A stretch of DNA of 61,678 nt, filler included, from Anaerolineae bacterium (GTDB lineage Bacteria; Chloroflexota; Anaerolineae; Epilineales; Epilineaceae), in NCBI GenBank assembly GCA_029262755.1. It is 3 parts of 3 records of this genome, joined end to end, with 100 filler letters (N's around TTAATTAATTAA, not from the genome) between each part and the next. Parts side by side here need not be neighbours in the genome. Positions count along the whole stretch, not along the records: positions 1 to 26,306 come from JAJCYU010000218.1; positions 26,407 to 42,466 come from JAJCYU010000222.1; 1 more part is not named here. One strand, given 5' to 3'. The first letter of the stretch is position 1; each line of letters starts with the position of its first letter. The notes beneath the pieces were generated by a model. It saw only the letters and a list, made by a program, of their open reading frames with translations. It ran no database searches and was not told the origin of the DNA. A program made the position numbers and the translations under genes. Below are positions 21,909-31,673 of the stretch, one piece after another.

Positions 21909-24900
21909 GTGACTCGCGCCTTCATCAGCTACGCTCACGCCGACGCCGCCTTCGCCACGCGCCTCGCCACCGCGTTGCCGGGGCTGGGCATCGATCCGTG
22001 GATCGACCGCGACGGGATTCACGGCGGCGCACGCTGGAGTTCGTCCATTCAGCAAGCATTGGACGACGCCGACGCGCTGATCCTCGTACTGACCCCGGCC
22101 GCCATGGCCTCGTCCAACGTCGAGGACGAGTGGCAGTACGCGCTCGATCGGGGCAAGCCCGTGCTGCCGGTGCTGCTGGAGCCGACCGACGTCCACTTCC
22201 AGCTCGGACGCATCCAGTACACCGACTTCCATGGCCAGCCCTTCGAAGCCGGGCTCGCGCAGCTGGCGGAGGGCGTGCGGCGAGCGTTGGAGGGCGTGCG
22301 CGCTGACAACGCAGCGAGCGGGGAGGCCGGGCAGGCTGGCGCGGCAGAAGAACACCGCACACGCGCCGGCCTTAGCGCCGCCCGCTCCATCGGCCCGCCT
22401 TCCGGCACCGTCACCTTCCTCTTCACTGACATCGAGGGCAGCACCGTGCGCTGGGAGCAGCATCCCGACGCCATGGGCGCCGCGCTCGAGCGCCACGACG
22501 CCTTGATGCGCGCCGCCGTAGCCGACCATGCCGGCCACGTTTTCAAGACCGTCGGCGATGCGTTCTGCGCCGTCTTCGCCCGTGCCGGTGACGCGCTCGC
22601 CGCCGCGATCGCCGCTCAGCGCGCCGTCGCGGCCCTTGACTGGTCGGCCATGGGCGACGGCTTCCCGCCCCTGGCGGTGCGCATGGCCATCCACACCGGC
22701 GAGGCAACCGAGCGCGACGGCGACTACTTCGGGCCGCCCGTCAACCGCGTGGCGCGGCTGGAGGCCGCCGGCCACGGCGGGCAGCTCCTGCTCTCGGCGC
22801 CGACCTATCACATCGTGCGCGACGCGCTCCCCGAAAGCTTCGCACTCCGCGACTGGGGAGAGCATCGGCTCAAGGACCTGCGCCACAGCGAGCATGTCTT
22901 CCAGGTGGAGGGGCCGGGCCTGCCGACCGTCGAGACCCCACCCAAGACAGCCGAGGCGCTCCACCCGCGGGACCGCGTGTACGTGGTCGACGTGGAGGCG
23001 GACGGTGATCCGGAGGCCCTGGCTTCGGCGGAGTCGGACAGCGGGCCACGTGCCGATCCCGACAGCCCGTGGTCGCGTCTTGAGGCCGCCGTCACCGCCG
23101 ACGCCGGCGAAGCGGTTACCCTGACGCCCGCAGAGGCCACGCAACTCGCCCGCCACAAGCCGATCGATTGGCGCGAGTACCGCCTGGGCCGCATCGCGGA
23201 GTGGAGCCAACCACGCTTCCGGCTCGACGGCCGCTTCGTCGGCCTGACCCTGCTCATCGACCAGGGCGAGGAGTCGGTCGCCGGACGCTGGGCGGCCAAC
23301 GAGGAGCGCTACGAGGACCTTGGCGCGCTGCTGGCGGAGACGAACGAGCCGGCCATCGTCGTTCTCGGTCCACCCGGCGGCGGCAAGTCCACGCTGCTGC
23401 GACGGCTCGAGCTGGACGCGGCCATCGCGGGTCTGCGCGGCGAGAGCGAGGTAGACTCACAAGGCCGTGTCACCTTCTTCATCTCGCTCAATACCTACAA
23501 GCCGGACGAGCCGAGCCAACCTGTACCTTCACCAACTACGTGGCTCTCCGAACGCTGGGCGGCTCGCTCACCCGAGCTCCGTCCCCTCGACACCCTCCTC
23601 GCCGAAGGCCGCGTCACCCTCCTGCTCGACGCGCTCAACGAGATGCCCGCCGCCTCGGAGTCGGACTTCCACGACCGGGTGCGCCTGTGGAAGGACTGGC
23701 TCGTGCGGCTCGTCCACGACCAGCCGGGCAACCGGGTCGTCTTCTCCTGCCGCTCGCTCGACTACAGCCAGCCGCTCTCGACGGCGGATCTCCGCGTGCC
23801 TCAGGTGCGCATCGAGAACCTGACCGACGACCAGGTCCGCGACTTCCTCGCGCTCTACAGCCCCGGACGCTGGCGCGAGATCTGGGCGGCGCTGGAGGGC
23901 AGTCCGCAGCTGGAGGTCCTGCGCAGCCCCTACTTCCTGGCGCTGCTCGTCGAGCAGGTCGAGGCCACGGGCGAGATGCCCACCGGCCGCGCGGCGCTCT
24001 TCACGGGCTTTGTGCGCCAAGCGCTGCGGCGCGAGATCGAGCGCGGCAACACGCTTTTCGAGCCGGGACCGCTACTGGCCGGCCGCGATCTCAAGCGCGT
24101 CGCCGGCTGGAAGTGGAAGACACCCTACGACCTGCCCGAGCGCGGCAGCCTGATCCCGAAGATGGCGACCCTCGCCCACGCGATGCAGACGGATCGGGCC
24201 GACGGCGAAGGCTCGTTGGTGCGCATCGACGTCGACGACGCGCTCGACCTCCTCGACGACCCCAACGACGAGGCGCTGCTGGCGGCCGGTGCGGCGATGG
24301 CGGTGCTGGACGAGGACCAGGCGGCCGAAGAGTTGATGTACATCCACCAGCTCGTGCAGGAGTACTTCGCGGCTCGGCAGCTGGCGCGGGAGCCGGATCC
24401 GGAGCTTGTTCGGACCGAGTGGCGGGCTTCGGAGATGCGCCCGAGCCTCGATGAAGTGATCGACCGTCTCGACACGGCCGATCCGCTGCCGGCTCTGCCC
24501 GGCACCGGCTGGGAGGAGACGGCGATCTTCGCTGCGGCGATGTCGGAGGACCCGACAGGCTTCTTGCGCAGTGTCATGGAGACGAATCTCGCGCTCGCCG
24601 GCCGTGCCGCCGCGCAGCCGGAGCTGCAGCCGCGCCTGCCGGACGACCTTCTCGACGAGCTGCGGTGGGCGCTCGCGGCGCGCAGCCGCGACACGTCCGC
24701 CGATCTACGCGACCGGATCGCTTGCGGTTATGCCCTCGGCGACCTGGGCGACCCACGCTTTGAGCGCCGCGTCGGTCCGCATGGCGCGTACCTACTCCCC
24801 CCGCTCGTCGTGATTCCCGCGGGGACGTACCCCATCGGGGATGACAAGCCGATCGTGAACCCCCACGGCACATGGACCGGACATGTACCGCGCCACGAGA

Positions 24901-25811
24901 TCGAGATCGCGGCCTTCGAGATCGGTCGGTTCCCCGTCACCAACGCGGAGTGGTCTTGCTTCCTGGACGCCGGCGGCTACGAGGACGACCGCTGGTGGGA
25001 TACCCAAGACGCACGTTCTTGGCGCCGCGGCGAGAACACGGCCGCGGGAATTCATGCCGGTGTGAAGGACTTCGTCGCTCGCTGTCGCGCGCACCCCGCG
25101 CTGATCGACGAGCTGCTGGCCGCCGGCTCGTGGGACGAGACCACGTACGAGCGCGGACAGCGCCGACTGGCCATGAGCGAAGCCGAGCTGGACGCCCACC
25201 TGCGCGAGCTATACCCAGGCGGGCGCCTGACCGAGCCGGCCTTTTGGCGCGATCGCCGCCTCAACCATCCGTCGCAGCCGGTGGTCGGCGTGTGCTGGTT
25301 CGAAGCGCGCGCCTACCTGCGCTGGCTCGCCGCGCAGTCAGGTCTGCCCTTCCGGTTGCCGTCCGAGGTTGAGTGGGAGTCCGCGGCACGGGGTGCGGCC
25401 GGCCGCCTCTACGCCTATGGCGACGAGTTCAACCATCTGGCGTGCAACGCCGCCGAGACACACATCCGGCAGACCACGCCGATTGGTGTCTTTCCGGACG
25501 GCGATTCACCGGAGGCGGTCACCGACCTCACCGGCAACGTCTTCGACTGGACATCGAGCGCCTTCGGGCAGAATACCGATTCGACCGAATACCCGTACCC
25601 CTACCTTCCCAGTGACGGTCGGGAGGAGCCGGACCTGCCTGCGACGTGCCTGCGCGTGTTGCGTGGTGGCTCGTGGTATGACGATCGATCGTGCACCCTG
25701 GCTGCCTACCGGGTCAGCGATCTACCCGATGATCGCGATCCTGACAGCGGCTTTCGGGTATGCGTTCGCCGCAGCGCCTCACCCCCGTCCTCCCCGGATC
25801 CTGCGTCCTGA
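21909..25811 (+). CDS. TIR - class III adenylate cyclase - NACHT/STAND NTPase - FGE-sulfatase protein
   Basis: TIR AFISYAHAD...SSNVEDEW; cyclase FLFTDIEGST/FKTVGDAF/DYFGPPVNRVARLE; Walker A GPPGGGKST, Walker B LLLDALNE, FSCR; FGE motifs through RGGSW...GFRV. Confidence 0.92.
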   Translation: MTRAFISYAHADAAFATRLATALPGLGIDPWIDRDGIHGGARWSSSIQQALDDADALILVLTPAAMASSNVEDEWQYALDRGKPVLPVLLEPTDVHFQLGRIQYTDFHGQPFEAGLAQLAEGVRRALEGVRADNAASGEAGQAGAAEEHRTRAGLSAARSIGPPSGTVTFLFTDIEGSTVRWEQHPDAMGAALERHDALMRAAVADHAGHVFKTVGDAFCAVFARAGDALAAAIAAQRAVAALDWSAMGDGFPPLAVRMAIHTGEATERDGDYFGPPVNRVARLEAAGHGGQLLLSAPTYHIVRDALPESFALRDWGEHRLKDLRHSEHVFQVEGPGLPTVETPPKTAEALHPRDRVYVVDVEADGDPEALASAESDSGPRADPDSPWSRLEAAVTADAGEAVTLTPAEATQLARHKPIDWREYRLGRIAEWSQPRFRLDGRFVGLTLLIDQGEESVAGRWAANEERYEDLGALLAETNEPAIVVLGPPGGGKSTLLRRLELDAAIAGLRGESEVDSQGRVTFFISLNTYKPDEPSQPVPSPTTWLSERWAARSPELRPLDTLLAEGRVTLLLDALNEMPAASESDFHDRVRLWKDWLVRLVHDQPGNRVVFSCRSLDYSQPLSTADLRVPQVRIENLTDDQVRDFLALYSPGRWREIWAALEGSPQLEVLRSPYFLALLVEQVEATGEMPTGRAALFTGFVRQALRREIERGNTLFEPGPLLAGRDLKRVAGWKWKTPYDLPERGSLIPKMATLAHAMQTDRADGEGSLVRIDVDDALDLLDDPNDEALLAAGAAMAVLDEDQAAEELMYIHQLVQEYFAARQLAREPDPELVRTEWRASEMRPSLDEVIDRLDTADPLPALPGTGWEETAIFAAAMSEDPTGFLRSVMETNLALAGRAAAQPELQPRLPDDLLDELRWALAARSRDTSADLRDRIACGYALGDLGDPRFERRVGPHGAYLLPPLVVIPAGTYPIGDDKPIVNPHGTWTGHVPRHEIEIAAFEIGRFPVTNAEWSCFLDAGGYEDDRWWDTQDARSWRRGENTAAGIHAGVKDFVARCRAHPALIDELLAAGSWDETTYERGQRRLAMSEAELDAHLRELYPGGRLTEPAFWRDRRLNHPSQPVVGVCWFEARAYLRWLAAQSGLPFRLPSEVEWESAARGAAGRLYAYGDEFNHLACNAAETHIRQTTPIGVFPDGDSPEAVTDLTGNVFDWTSSAFGQNTDSTEYPYPYLPSDGREEPDLPATCLRVLRGGSWYDDRSCTLAAYRVSDLPDDRDPDSGFRVCVRRSASPPSSPDPAS

Positions 25812-25887
25812 GCTCCTGACTTCCGAAGCTCTAGTCTTCCGAGTCCCTCTGTTGCCGCGGAACGCCGCGACTGTCGAAGACCCCTCC

Positions 25888-25990
25888 GCCAACGGGTTGC
25901 CGATCTCCAACAGGTTCCGCGTCGGGGTCGTGCAGGTAAATCGAGCGCAGCGTGCCCGTCGCGCCGTCGCGTTCGCCCGGGCCACAGCTC
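25888..25990 (-). pseudogene. Frameshifted C-terminal fragment of a VOC-family gene
   Basis: Reading across frameshifts gives ERDGATGTLRSIYLHDPD / RNLLEIGN, matching the VOC RxGAxGxxxSxYxxDPDGNLxE motif. Confidence 0.55.
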
Positions 25991-26004
25991 CCGCCCCAGC
26001 CGGA

Positions 26005-26306
26005 TCACTCAGGCCCCAGCCCGTCGAATAGGTCCGCTGCGTCGTAGATCTGCACGCGGCCGGACTCGACCTCCTCGCAAAGTCGTGGGTCGGCGTCGTC
26101 CACGTCGGCGTGGTCCCACGCCGCCTGAAGGATCGAGGCCAGGCCGGGCGACGCATCCTCCAGATAGGGATACTCGTCGAGCACGACCAGCACTCGCTCG
26201 CCTTCGACTCGCCGTGCCAGATAGCGCAAGAAGGATGGCCAGTCGCCGAAGCCCGAGCCCTCACGCAGGGCGTCGTCGACGAATGCCTCGCCGGCCACGT
26301 GACTGA
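26005..26306 (-). pseudogene. Fragment of an archaeal-type ATPase (ATPase_2/DUF234-like), apparently internally deleted and cut by the contig end
   Basis: WPSFLRYLA...VLVVLDEYPYL...SILQAAWD (Walker B region) followed by a stop about 35 aa later. Confidence 0.6.
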
Positions 26307-26406
26307 NNNNNNNNNNNNNNNNNNNNNNNNNNNNNNNNNNNNNNNNNNNNTTAATTAATTAANNNNNNNNNNNNNNNNNNNNNNNNNNNNNNNNNNNNNN
26401 NNNNNN
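26307..26406. other. Artificial contig-join spacer
   Basis: 100 nt of N with a central TTAATTAATTAA six-frame stop linker. Confidence 0.98.
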
Positions 26407-27912
26407 CAGCGCTTCATCCGCGACTTCTTCGACGAACCGCAGATTCAAGAGGATCTGGCCGGTGGCGCGCTGCGCGTCGGCATGGTCTCCTTCAACAACC
26501 GCGGTCGCCGTTTGGTCAGCCTTACCGAGCAGGGCAAGCGCGCCGCGACGCGTGTCAGCCTATTGCGCGGTGGAGGCTTGACCCGCATCGACATCGGCCT
26601 GCGCACGGCAGAGCGCGTGCTGCAGGACCGCAACCGACGCTACGGCATCCTGCACGACGACGACCGCACCAAGGTCATCGTCGTGATCAGCGACGGCGGC
26701 TTCTGCGACCGCGACCTTCGGGCGCGCGTCCAGAAGGAGATCGAGATCGTCGGTCTCTTCGCGGGCCGCGGCCCCTACAAGCGCCGCATGCGCGACATCG
26801 TCACGGAGAACGAGTACCTGCTCGACCTCAACGCGCGGGCGCTCAAGGAGCTCATGTTCATCTACGGCAAGGACTTCCTCCGCGTCGATCCGGTGAACAT
26901 GGAGACCCTGACGCTCAAGGAGCAGCTGGCCGACACGATGGAGCTGGTCCCCGGATCGGTGTCCAACGGCGGTGTGGTCAACGGCTCGACCATCGAGTGG
27001 GCCTTTGCGCCGCCCGATGCATCCGTGACCGTCACCTACGAGGTCAAACCGCTCCAAGAGGGCTATCTGGACGTCACCGACGAATCAGACGCACTCTGGA
27101 CCGACAACAAGGCGCGCGACGGAAGCCAACCGTTCCCGGACGTCCGGTTGAGCGTAAATTACGATCCACCAACGCCGACGTCGCCACCACCGCCGACCCC
27201 GACGGACGTACCGCCGGATCCGCCGACCGCAACGCCTGAGGTCATCGTCCTCAAGCCCGCGTACCTGCCGGTCGCCTTCCGCGAGGAAGAGAAGCCGGAC
27301 ATCTGCGAACCAAGCCGGCAACGGGTGGATCTTGCCGTTGTGATCGATACGTCGATCTCGATGAGCGATGCTACCTCGCCGGGCGGGCCGCCCAAGATCG
27401 ACGCGGCCATCGCGGCGGCCAAGGGCTTGGTCGGGCAGTTGAAGTTCGCCAGCGGCAATCAGGACCAGGCGACGGTCATCGGCTTCAACAGCCGCGCCGC
27501 GCTGGCCACGCGTCTGACCTTTGATCGCGTGGCGATCGACACCGCGCTCGACGTGCTCAAGGCCACACAGGCCCCCGGCACGCGCATCGACCTCGGCTTG
27601 GACGAGGCACGCGCCGAGCTCAACAGCGCTCGTATCCGCCAGACCGCAACGCAGACGATCGTGCTCGTCACGGACGCCCTGCAGAACGACCTGGACGCCG
27701 GTGGTCGACAGCAGGTCACGGCGGCCGCTAACTTGGTTCGTAGCGACGGCATCTCGTTGTTCACGGTCGGCATCGGTGCCGGCGCGGACATTGACGAAGC
27801 CCTGCTGCAATCCATCGCGACGCGGCCGGAGTTCTACATTCATGCGCCGGACGCGAGCACGCTCGAGACGATTTATCGCGAGCGCATCGCGCCGTTGATT
27901 CCCTGCCCGTAG
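26407..27912 (+). CDS. VWA-domain surface protein (5' truncated): two VWA domains joined by an Ig-like region and Pro/Thr linker
   Basis: Frame open from the contig start; first VWA remnant (VGMVSFN, VISDG); second MIDAS DTSIS, TRID, VTDA; linker PPTPTSPPPPTPT then AYLPVAFR. Confidence 0.85.
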   Translation, partial: QRFIRDFFDEPQIQEDLAGGALRVGMVSFNNRGRRLVSLTEQGKRAATRVSLLRGGGLTRIDIGLRTAERVLQDRNRRYGILHDDDRTKVIVVISDGGFCDRDLRARVQKEIEIVGLFAGRGPYKRRMRDIVTENEYLLDLNARALKELMFIYGKDFLRVDPVNMETLTLKEQLADTMELVPGSVSNGGVVNGSTIEWAFAPPDASVTVTYEVKPLQEGYLDVTDESDALWTDNKARDGSQPFPDVRLSVNYDPPTPTSPPPPTPTDVPPDPPTATPEVIVLKPAYLPVAFREEEKPDICEPSRQRVDLAVVIDTSISMSDATSPGGPPKIDAAIAAAKGLVGQLKFASGNQDQATVIGFNSRAALATRLTFDRVAIDTALDVLKATQAPGTRIDLGLDEARAELNSARIRQTATQTIVLVTDALQNDLDAGGRQQVTAAANLVRSDGISLFTVGIGAGADIDEALLQSIATRPEFYIHAPDASTLETIYRERIAPLIPCP

Positions 27913-28083
27913 GACCCCGAGCCTGAGGCTCTAGGCAGGGTTCGGATCCGAGCCGCGGTATAGCTCGCCTGATCCGACAAGTTGAGATCGCAGCGGGCCG
28001 GCCGCGCTCCCCTCGTGGGGCGCGGCCGGCTCGCATGGCGCGCCCGCTGCACGTCCCGTGCTTGCATTTGTGGAGGACCCCGC

Positions 28084-29835
28084 ATGACCCACCCATCATC
28101 GAATTCTTCTCGACGCGGCCGTAACGTCGCCGCGCTTTCATGGCGCGTGACGCTGCTATGCACCGCGTTCGTGCTCTTCCTCTCTGCGCCCCCGCCGCCT
28201 GCGTCAGCGCAGACAACGATCTACGTCAACACCACGGACGACCCAACCGATGTCCAGGATGAGTGTCAGACCGTGACCGATGACTGTTCGCTGCGCGGCG
28301 CGCTGAACCGGGCCCGGCTGTCGGGCAGCGGTGCGGTGATCACCGCGTGTTTCGATCCCGCGCTGGTGCCGGGCGCCCCGGCCTGCCCGCCCCGCGTCAA
28401 GATGCTCACTGCGCGCGAGCGCGGCTGGGACGAGGCAAGCGGCATGTTCTTCATCCGGCCCACGAAGAATCGGACGCTGCTCTTGGCCGAGGGCGCGGCG
28501 CTCGTCGACTTCCGTCAAGGCGTCGGTACGTGGCGTGGCCCGGTGGACAATCGCATCGTCGTCGATTTCACGGGCTCATCGCCCGAGTCGGCGTTTCGCA
28601 TCAGCAGCTCGAACAACGTGTTGGCCGGCTTCGAGATTCGCGGTGCGTTTGAACGCGCGGCCATCTTCATTCCCGGCGGCACATTCGGCGATCCCGCCGA
28701 GGAAAATCAGATCGGGCCGGGCATGGTGCTGGCCCACATTACGCTCGGCAACGGCATCCTGATCACCAACGACATCGCGAACAGCAACCGGGTGTTCGGC
28801 AACTGGTGTGGGGTAAACGGCGACGGCACGAACGTCGCCCCCGTGTTCGACGACTGCGTGCGCATCAGCGAGGGCAGCTTCGGCAACGTCATCGGCGACC
28901 TCGCTCCGGAGAACCGCAACGTGTTCTCGTCGAGTGAACTAGGCAGCGGTATCTTGGTCGAAGGACCGGAAGCTACGGAGAACCGCTTGCAGGGCAATTG
29001 GTTTGGCCTAGACGCGGCAGGCAATATCCCGTCGCAGCAGTTGCAGAGCGGCATCCAGCTCGTGAACGGACCGACCGAGACCATCGTCGAGCGCAACGTG
29101 ATCAGCGGCAACGACAACGCCGGTCTCGCGGTCTTCGACGCCGCGTTGGGCACCGTCATTCGGAACAACATCATCGGAGCGGATCCGGCCGGCGAGAACT
29201 GTGTCGAGAATCTCGGCTACGGCATCACGCTCAACGGCGGCCCGAGCGAATCCGTCATCGAGGACAACGTTATTCGCTGCAACAAGTCCGGCGGAATCCT
29301 CTTGGCCGGCGGTTCCACGCGCGACAACGTGCTGCGCCGCAATCGCTTCGCCGAGAACGACGGATTCCCGATCCATGTCATCCAGGGCGCGAATCGGGGT
29401 GTGAAGGAGCCGGTGATCACGGCCGCGGGCGAAACGGAAGTCCAGGGCACCGCATGCGCCGGCTGCACGGTTGAGGTCTTCAGCGATCCCTTCGAAGAGG
29501 CCATCGCCTACGAGGGGGAGGCGTTGGCAGACTCCGAAGGCAACTGGCGCCTGCGCAAGGCGGAGGGCTTCACGCATCGCTATCTGACGGCTACGGCCAC
29601 GAAGGATTTGAACACGTCCGGCCTGGCCACACACATGGAGGGCAGCGGCGAGATCCCGCCGACGCCCCTTCCCGTGACGCCGACGATCACGCCGGACGGA
29701 CCGACGGTCACGCCGACCTTCATTCCCGAAGAGACCCGCACGCCCACGCCGCCACCGACGATGGATCCGGCAAGCAAGCCGACGATCTATCTACCGTGGT
29801 CCGCGTTCAACGCCGAGATCAGCGTCGGGGGATGA
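28084..29835 (+). CDS. Secreted CSLREA-domain / right-handed parallel beta-helix protein
   Basis: Signal peptide; VNTTDD...CSLRGAL; repeated GNxIG/NVISGN/NNIIG coils; PT linker and IYLPW tail; SD GGAGG. Confidence 0.85.
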   Translation: MTHPSSNSSRRGRNVAALSWRVTLLCTAFVLFLSAPPPPASAQTTIYVNTTDDPTDVQDECQTVTDDCSLRGALNRARLSGSGAVITACFDPALVPGAPACPPRVKMLTARERGWDEASGMFFIRPTKNRTLLLAEGAALVDFRQGVGTWRGPVDNRIVVDFTGSSPESAFRISSSNNVLAGFEIRGAFERAAIFIPGGTFGDPAEENQIGPGMVLAHITLGNGILITNDIANSNRVFGNWCGVNGDGTNVAPVFDDCVRISEGSFGNVIGDLAPENRNVFSSSELGSGILVEGPEATENRLQGNWFGLDAAGNIPSQQLQSGIQLVNGPTETIVERNVISGNDNAGLAVFDAALGTVIRNNIIGADPAGENCVENLGYGITLNGGPSESVIEDNVIRCNKSGGILLAGGSTRDNVLRRNRFAENDGFPIHVIQGANRGVKEPVITAAGETEVQGTACAGCTVEVFSDPFEEAIAYEGEALADSEGNWRLRKAEGFTHRYLTATATKDLNTSGLATHMEGSGEIPPTPLPVTPTITPDGPTVTPTFIPEETRTPTPPPTMDPASKPTIYLPWSAFNAEISVGG

Positions 29836-30185
29836 CCGCGCCGGAAAGCGGCCCGCCCCGCGCGGAGGCAGCGCACATCATGGTCCTGGTCGCTTGCGCC
29901 GACGAGGCGCAGGCGACCAGGATCGCGCGCGCGCTGATCGAGGCACGGGCCGCCGCCTGCGTGCAATCCCTGCCGATCCGCTCGACCTATCGCTGGCGGG
30001 ACGAGATCCTCACCGACTCCGAAGTACTGCTCCTGGCCAAGACGCGCGCAGACGCCTTTGCGCGCATCGAAGCATTGGTACGCGCCGAACACGAGTACGA
30101 GGTGCCGGAGATCGTCGCGGTGCCCTTTGTCGCGGGGACGGCGGACTATCTAGGTTGGATCGACCGTGAGGTAGGCCAGCCTTAG
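29832..30185 (+). CDS. cutA: Divalent-cation tolerance protein CutA
   Basis: IARALIEARAAACVQ, STYRW, HEYEVPEI, YLGWI; ATGA overlap with the upstream gene. Confidence 0.92.
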   Translation: MTAPESGPPRAEAAHIMVLVACADEAQATRIARALIEARAAACVQSLPIRSTYRWRDEILTDSEVLLLAKTRADAFARIEALVRAEHEYEVPEIVAVPFVAGTADYLGWIDREVGQP

Positions 30186-30236
30186 GCAGTATCGACCGTG
30201 CGGGCGCCGACCGTGGGGGCCACTACAACGAGTACC

Positions 30237-31673
30237 CTAGGCCGGCGCGGCTTCCGGTGTGGGCGCCGGCGCGTGCGACCGGGCGATGTCGTCCTTGGTC
30301 AGCAGCTTTGAGCCGACCGCCAGGTAGCGGTAGCCCTGCGCTACGAGGTCGTTGTAGTCGGGAATCATCCGCCGACCGTCGATGACCAGGTAGGGCGGAG
30401 GAGCATGCTCGGCGATGACGTGCGAGAGACCGCGGAACTCTTCCCAATCCGTGGTCACGAAGACCGCCTCGCTGCCCTGCAACGCTTCTTCGGCCGTGTC
30501 GAAGTAGTGGATCTTGCTGAATAGATGGTTGCGCTCCGGATCGAAGAAGCGCTTCGCTTCCTCGATTGCGAGCGGATCGTAGGCGCGCACTTCGCGCACG
30601 CCCTTGGCCAGCAAGCCCTCGACGACCGCAAGCGAGCTGGCATCGCGCATATCGTTCGTGTGCTTCTTGAACGAAAGGCCCATGAGCGCGACGACCGTAT
30701 TGTTGAAGTCGAAGCCCGCCTCGTGGATCGCGCGGTCGATCAGGTAGGTCTTCTGGTACTCGTTGATGTCGAAGACGTTCTCCAGCAAGCTGGACGATTG
30801 GCCGTTGGAGCGTAGCTGGTAGATCAAAGACTGGATGTCCTTGCCGAAACAGCTGCCGCCCGCGCCGTTGCTGACGTAGCTGCCCCACGTGCTGATCCGA
30901 TCATCCGCCGTCACGCCGCGCTTGAGATCCTCCATCGACAGGTTGTCGAAGGTCTCGGCGAGCCGGGCGCCGATGCCGTTCCAGAACGAGATGTAGGTCA
31001 ACAGCAGCGTGTTGGCCACGTACTTGATGGCCTCGGCCGTCTCCGGTGTGGTCTCGATATAGCTGATGCGCACGTGGTTGTGGAATTGGGGATAAACCTG
31101 CCGCAGGATGCGCAGGTCTTCCTCGGTGTCGGCTCCAACCACCACCCGGTCCGGCCGGCGCGATTTCTCGACGGCGTTGCCTTCGGGCAGGAACTCCGGA
31201 TTGCTCGCGACGCCGAAGTTCGGCACCCCGTGCTCGGCCAGAATGCCCTGCATCCGCCGGGCCGTTCCGATCGGCACCGTGCTCTTGTTGATCAGCACCA
31301 CTCGCCGCTGATCGCTGCGCGCGGCCAGCAACTCGCCGAGGAAATGCGCCATCTTGTCGTAGTAGCTCAGGTCCGTGGACCCATCCAGGTTGGGCGGCGT
31401 CGGCGGGCTGAGGAAGATCGCGTCCGTGCCCTCGATCTCACCACGGATCCCGTCGGGATCGGTGAAGAACAGATAGCGCCCCAAGGTCTCGGTGATGATG
31501 GGGACCAGCCCCTGCTCCGCCACGTACGATTCGATGCGCTCCCGATCGCCCGACCGGTACGCGTCGAGCTTCGTGCGGTCGATGTCGTAGGCGTGTACTT
31601 CGTGGCCGTTTTCAGCCAGGACCGCTGCGTGGGTCAGCCCGACGAATCCGGTGCCGGCGACGATGATCTTCAT
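30237..31673 (-). CDS. ugd: UDP-glucose/GDP-mannose 6-dehydrogenase
   Basis: GTGFVG, NKSTVPIGT, SNPEFLPEG, KYVAN, GGSCFGKD, FKKHTNDMRD. Confidence 0.92.
   Translation of the reverse strand: MKIIVAGTGFVGLTHAAVLAENGHEVHAYDIDRTKLDAYRSGDRERIESYVAEQGLVPIITETLGRYLFFTDPDGIRGEIEGTDAIFLSPPTPPNLDGSTDLSYYDKMAHFLGELLAARSDQRRVVLINKSTVPIGTARRMQGILAEHGVPNFGVASNPEFLPEGNAVEKSRRPDRVVVGADTEEDLRILRQVYPQFHNHVRISYIETTPETAEAIKYVANTLLLTYISFWNGIGARLAETFDNLSMEDLKRGVTADDRISTWGSYVSNGAGGSCFGKDIQSLIYQLRSNGQSSSLLENVFDINEYQKTYLIDRAIHEAGFDFNNTVVALMGLSFKKHTNDMRDASSLAVVEGLLAKGVREVRAYDPLAIEEAKRFFDPERNHLFSKIHYFDTAEEALQGSEAVFVTTDWEEFRGLSHVIAEHAPPPYLVIDGRRMIPDYNDLVAQGYRYLAVGSKLLTKDDIARSHAPAPTPEAAPA

Noticed and set aside
26351..26362. 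TTAATTAATTAA palindrome inside N runs (also 42511-42522)
   Set aside because: Artificial six-frame stop linker used to join contigs; not biological. It also creates false ORF ends, such as the PKS stop at 42518.
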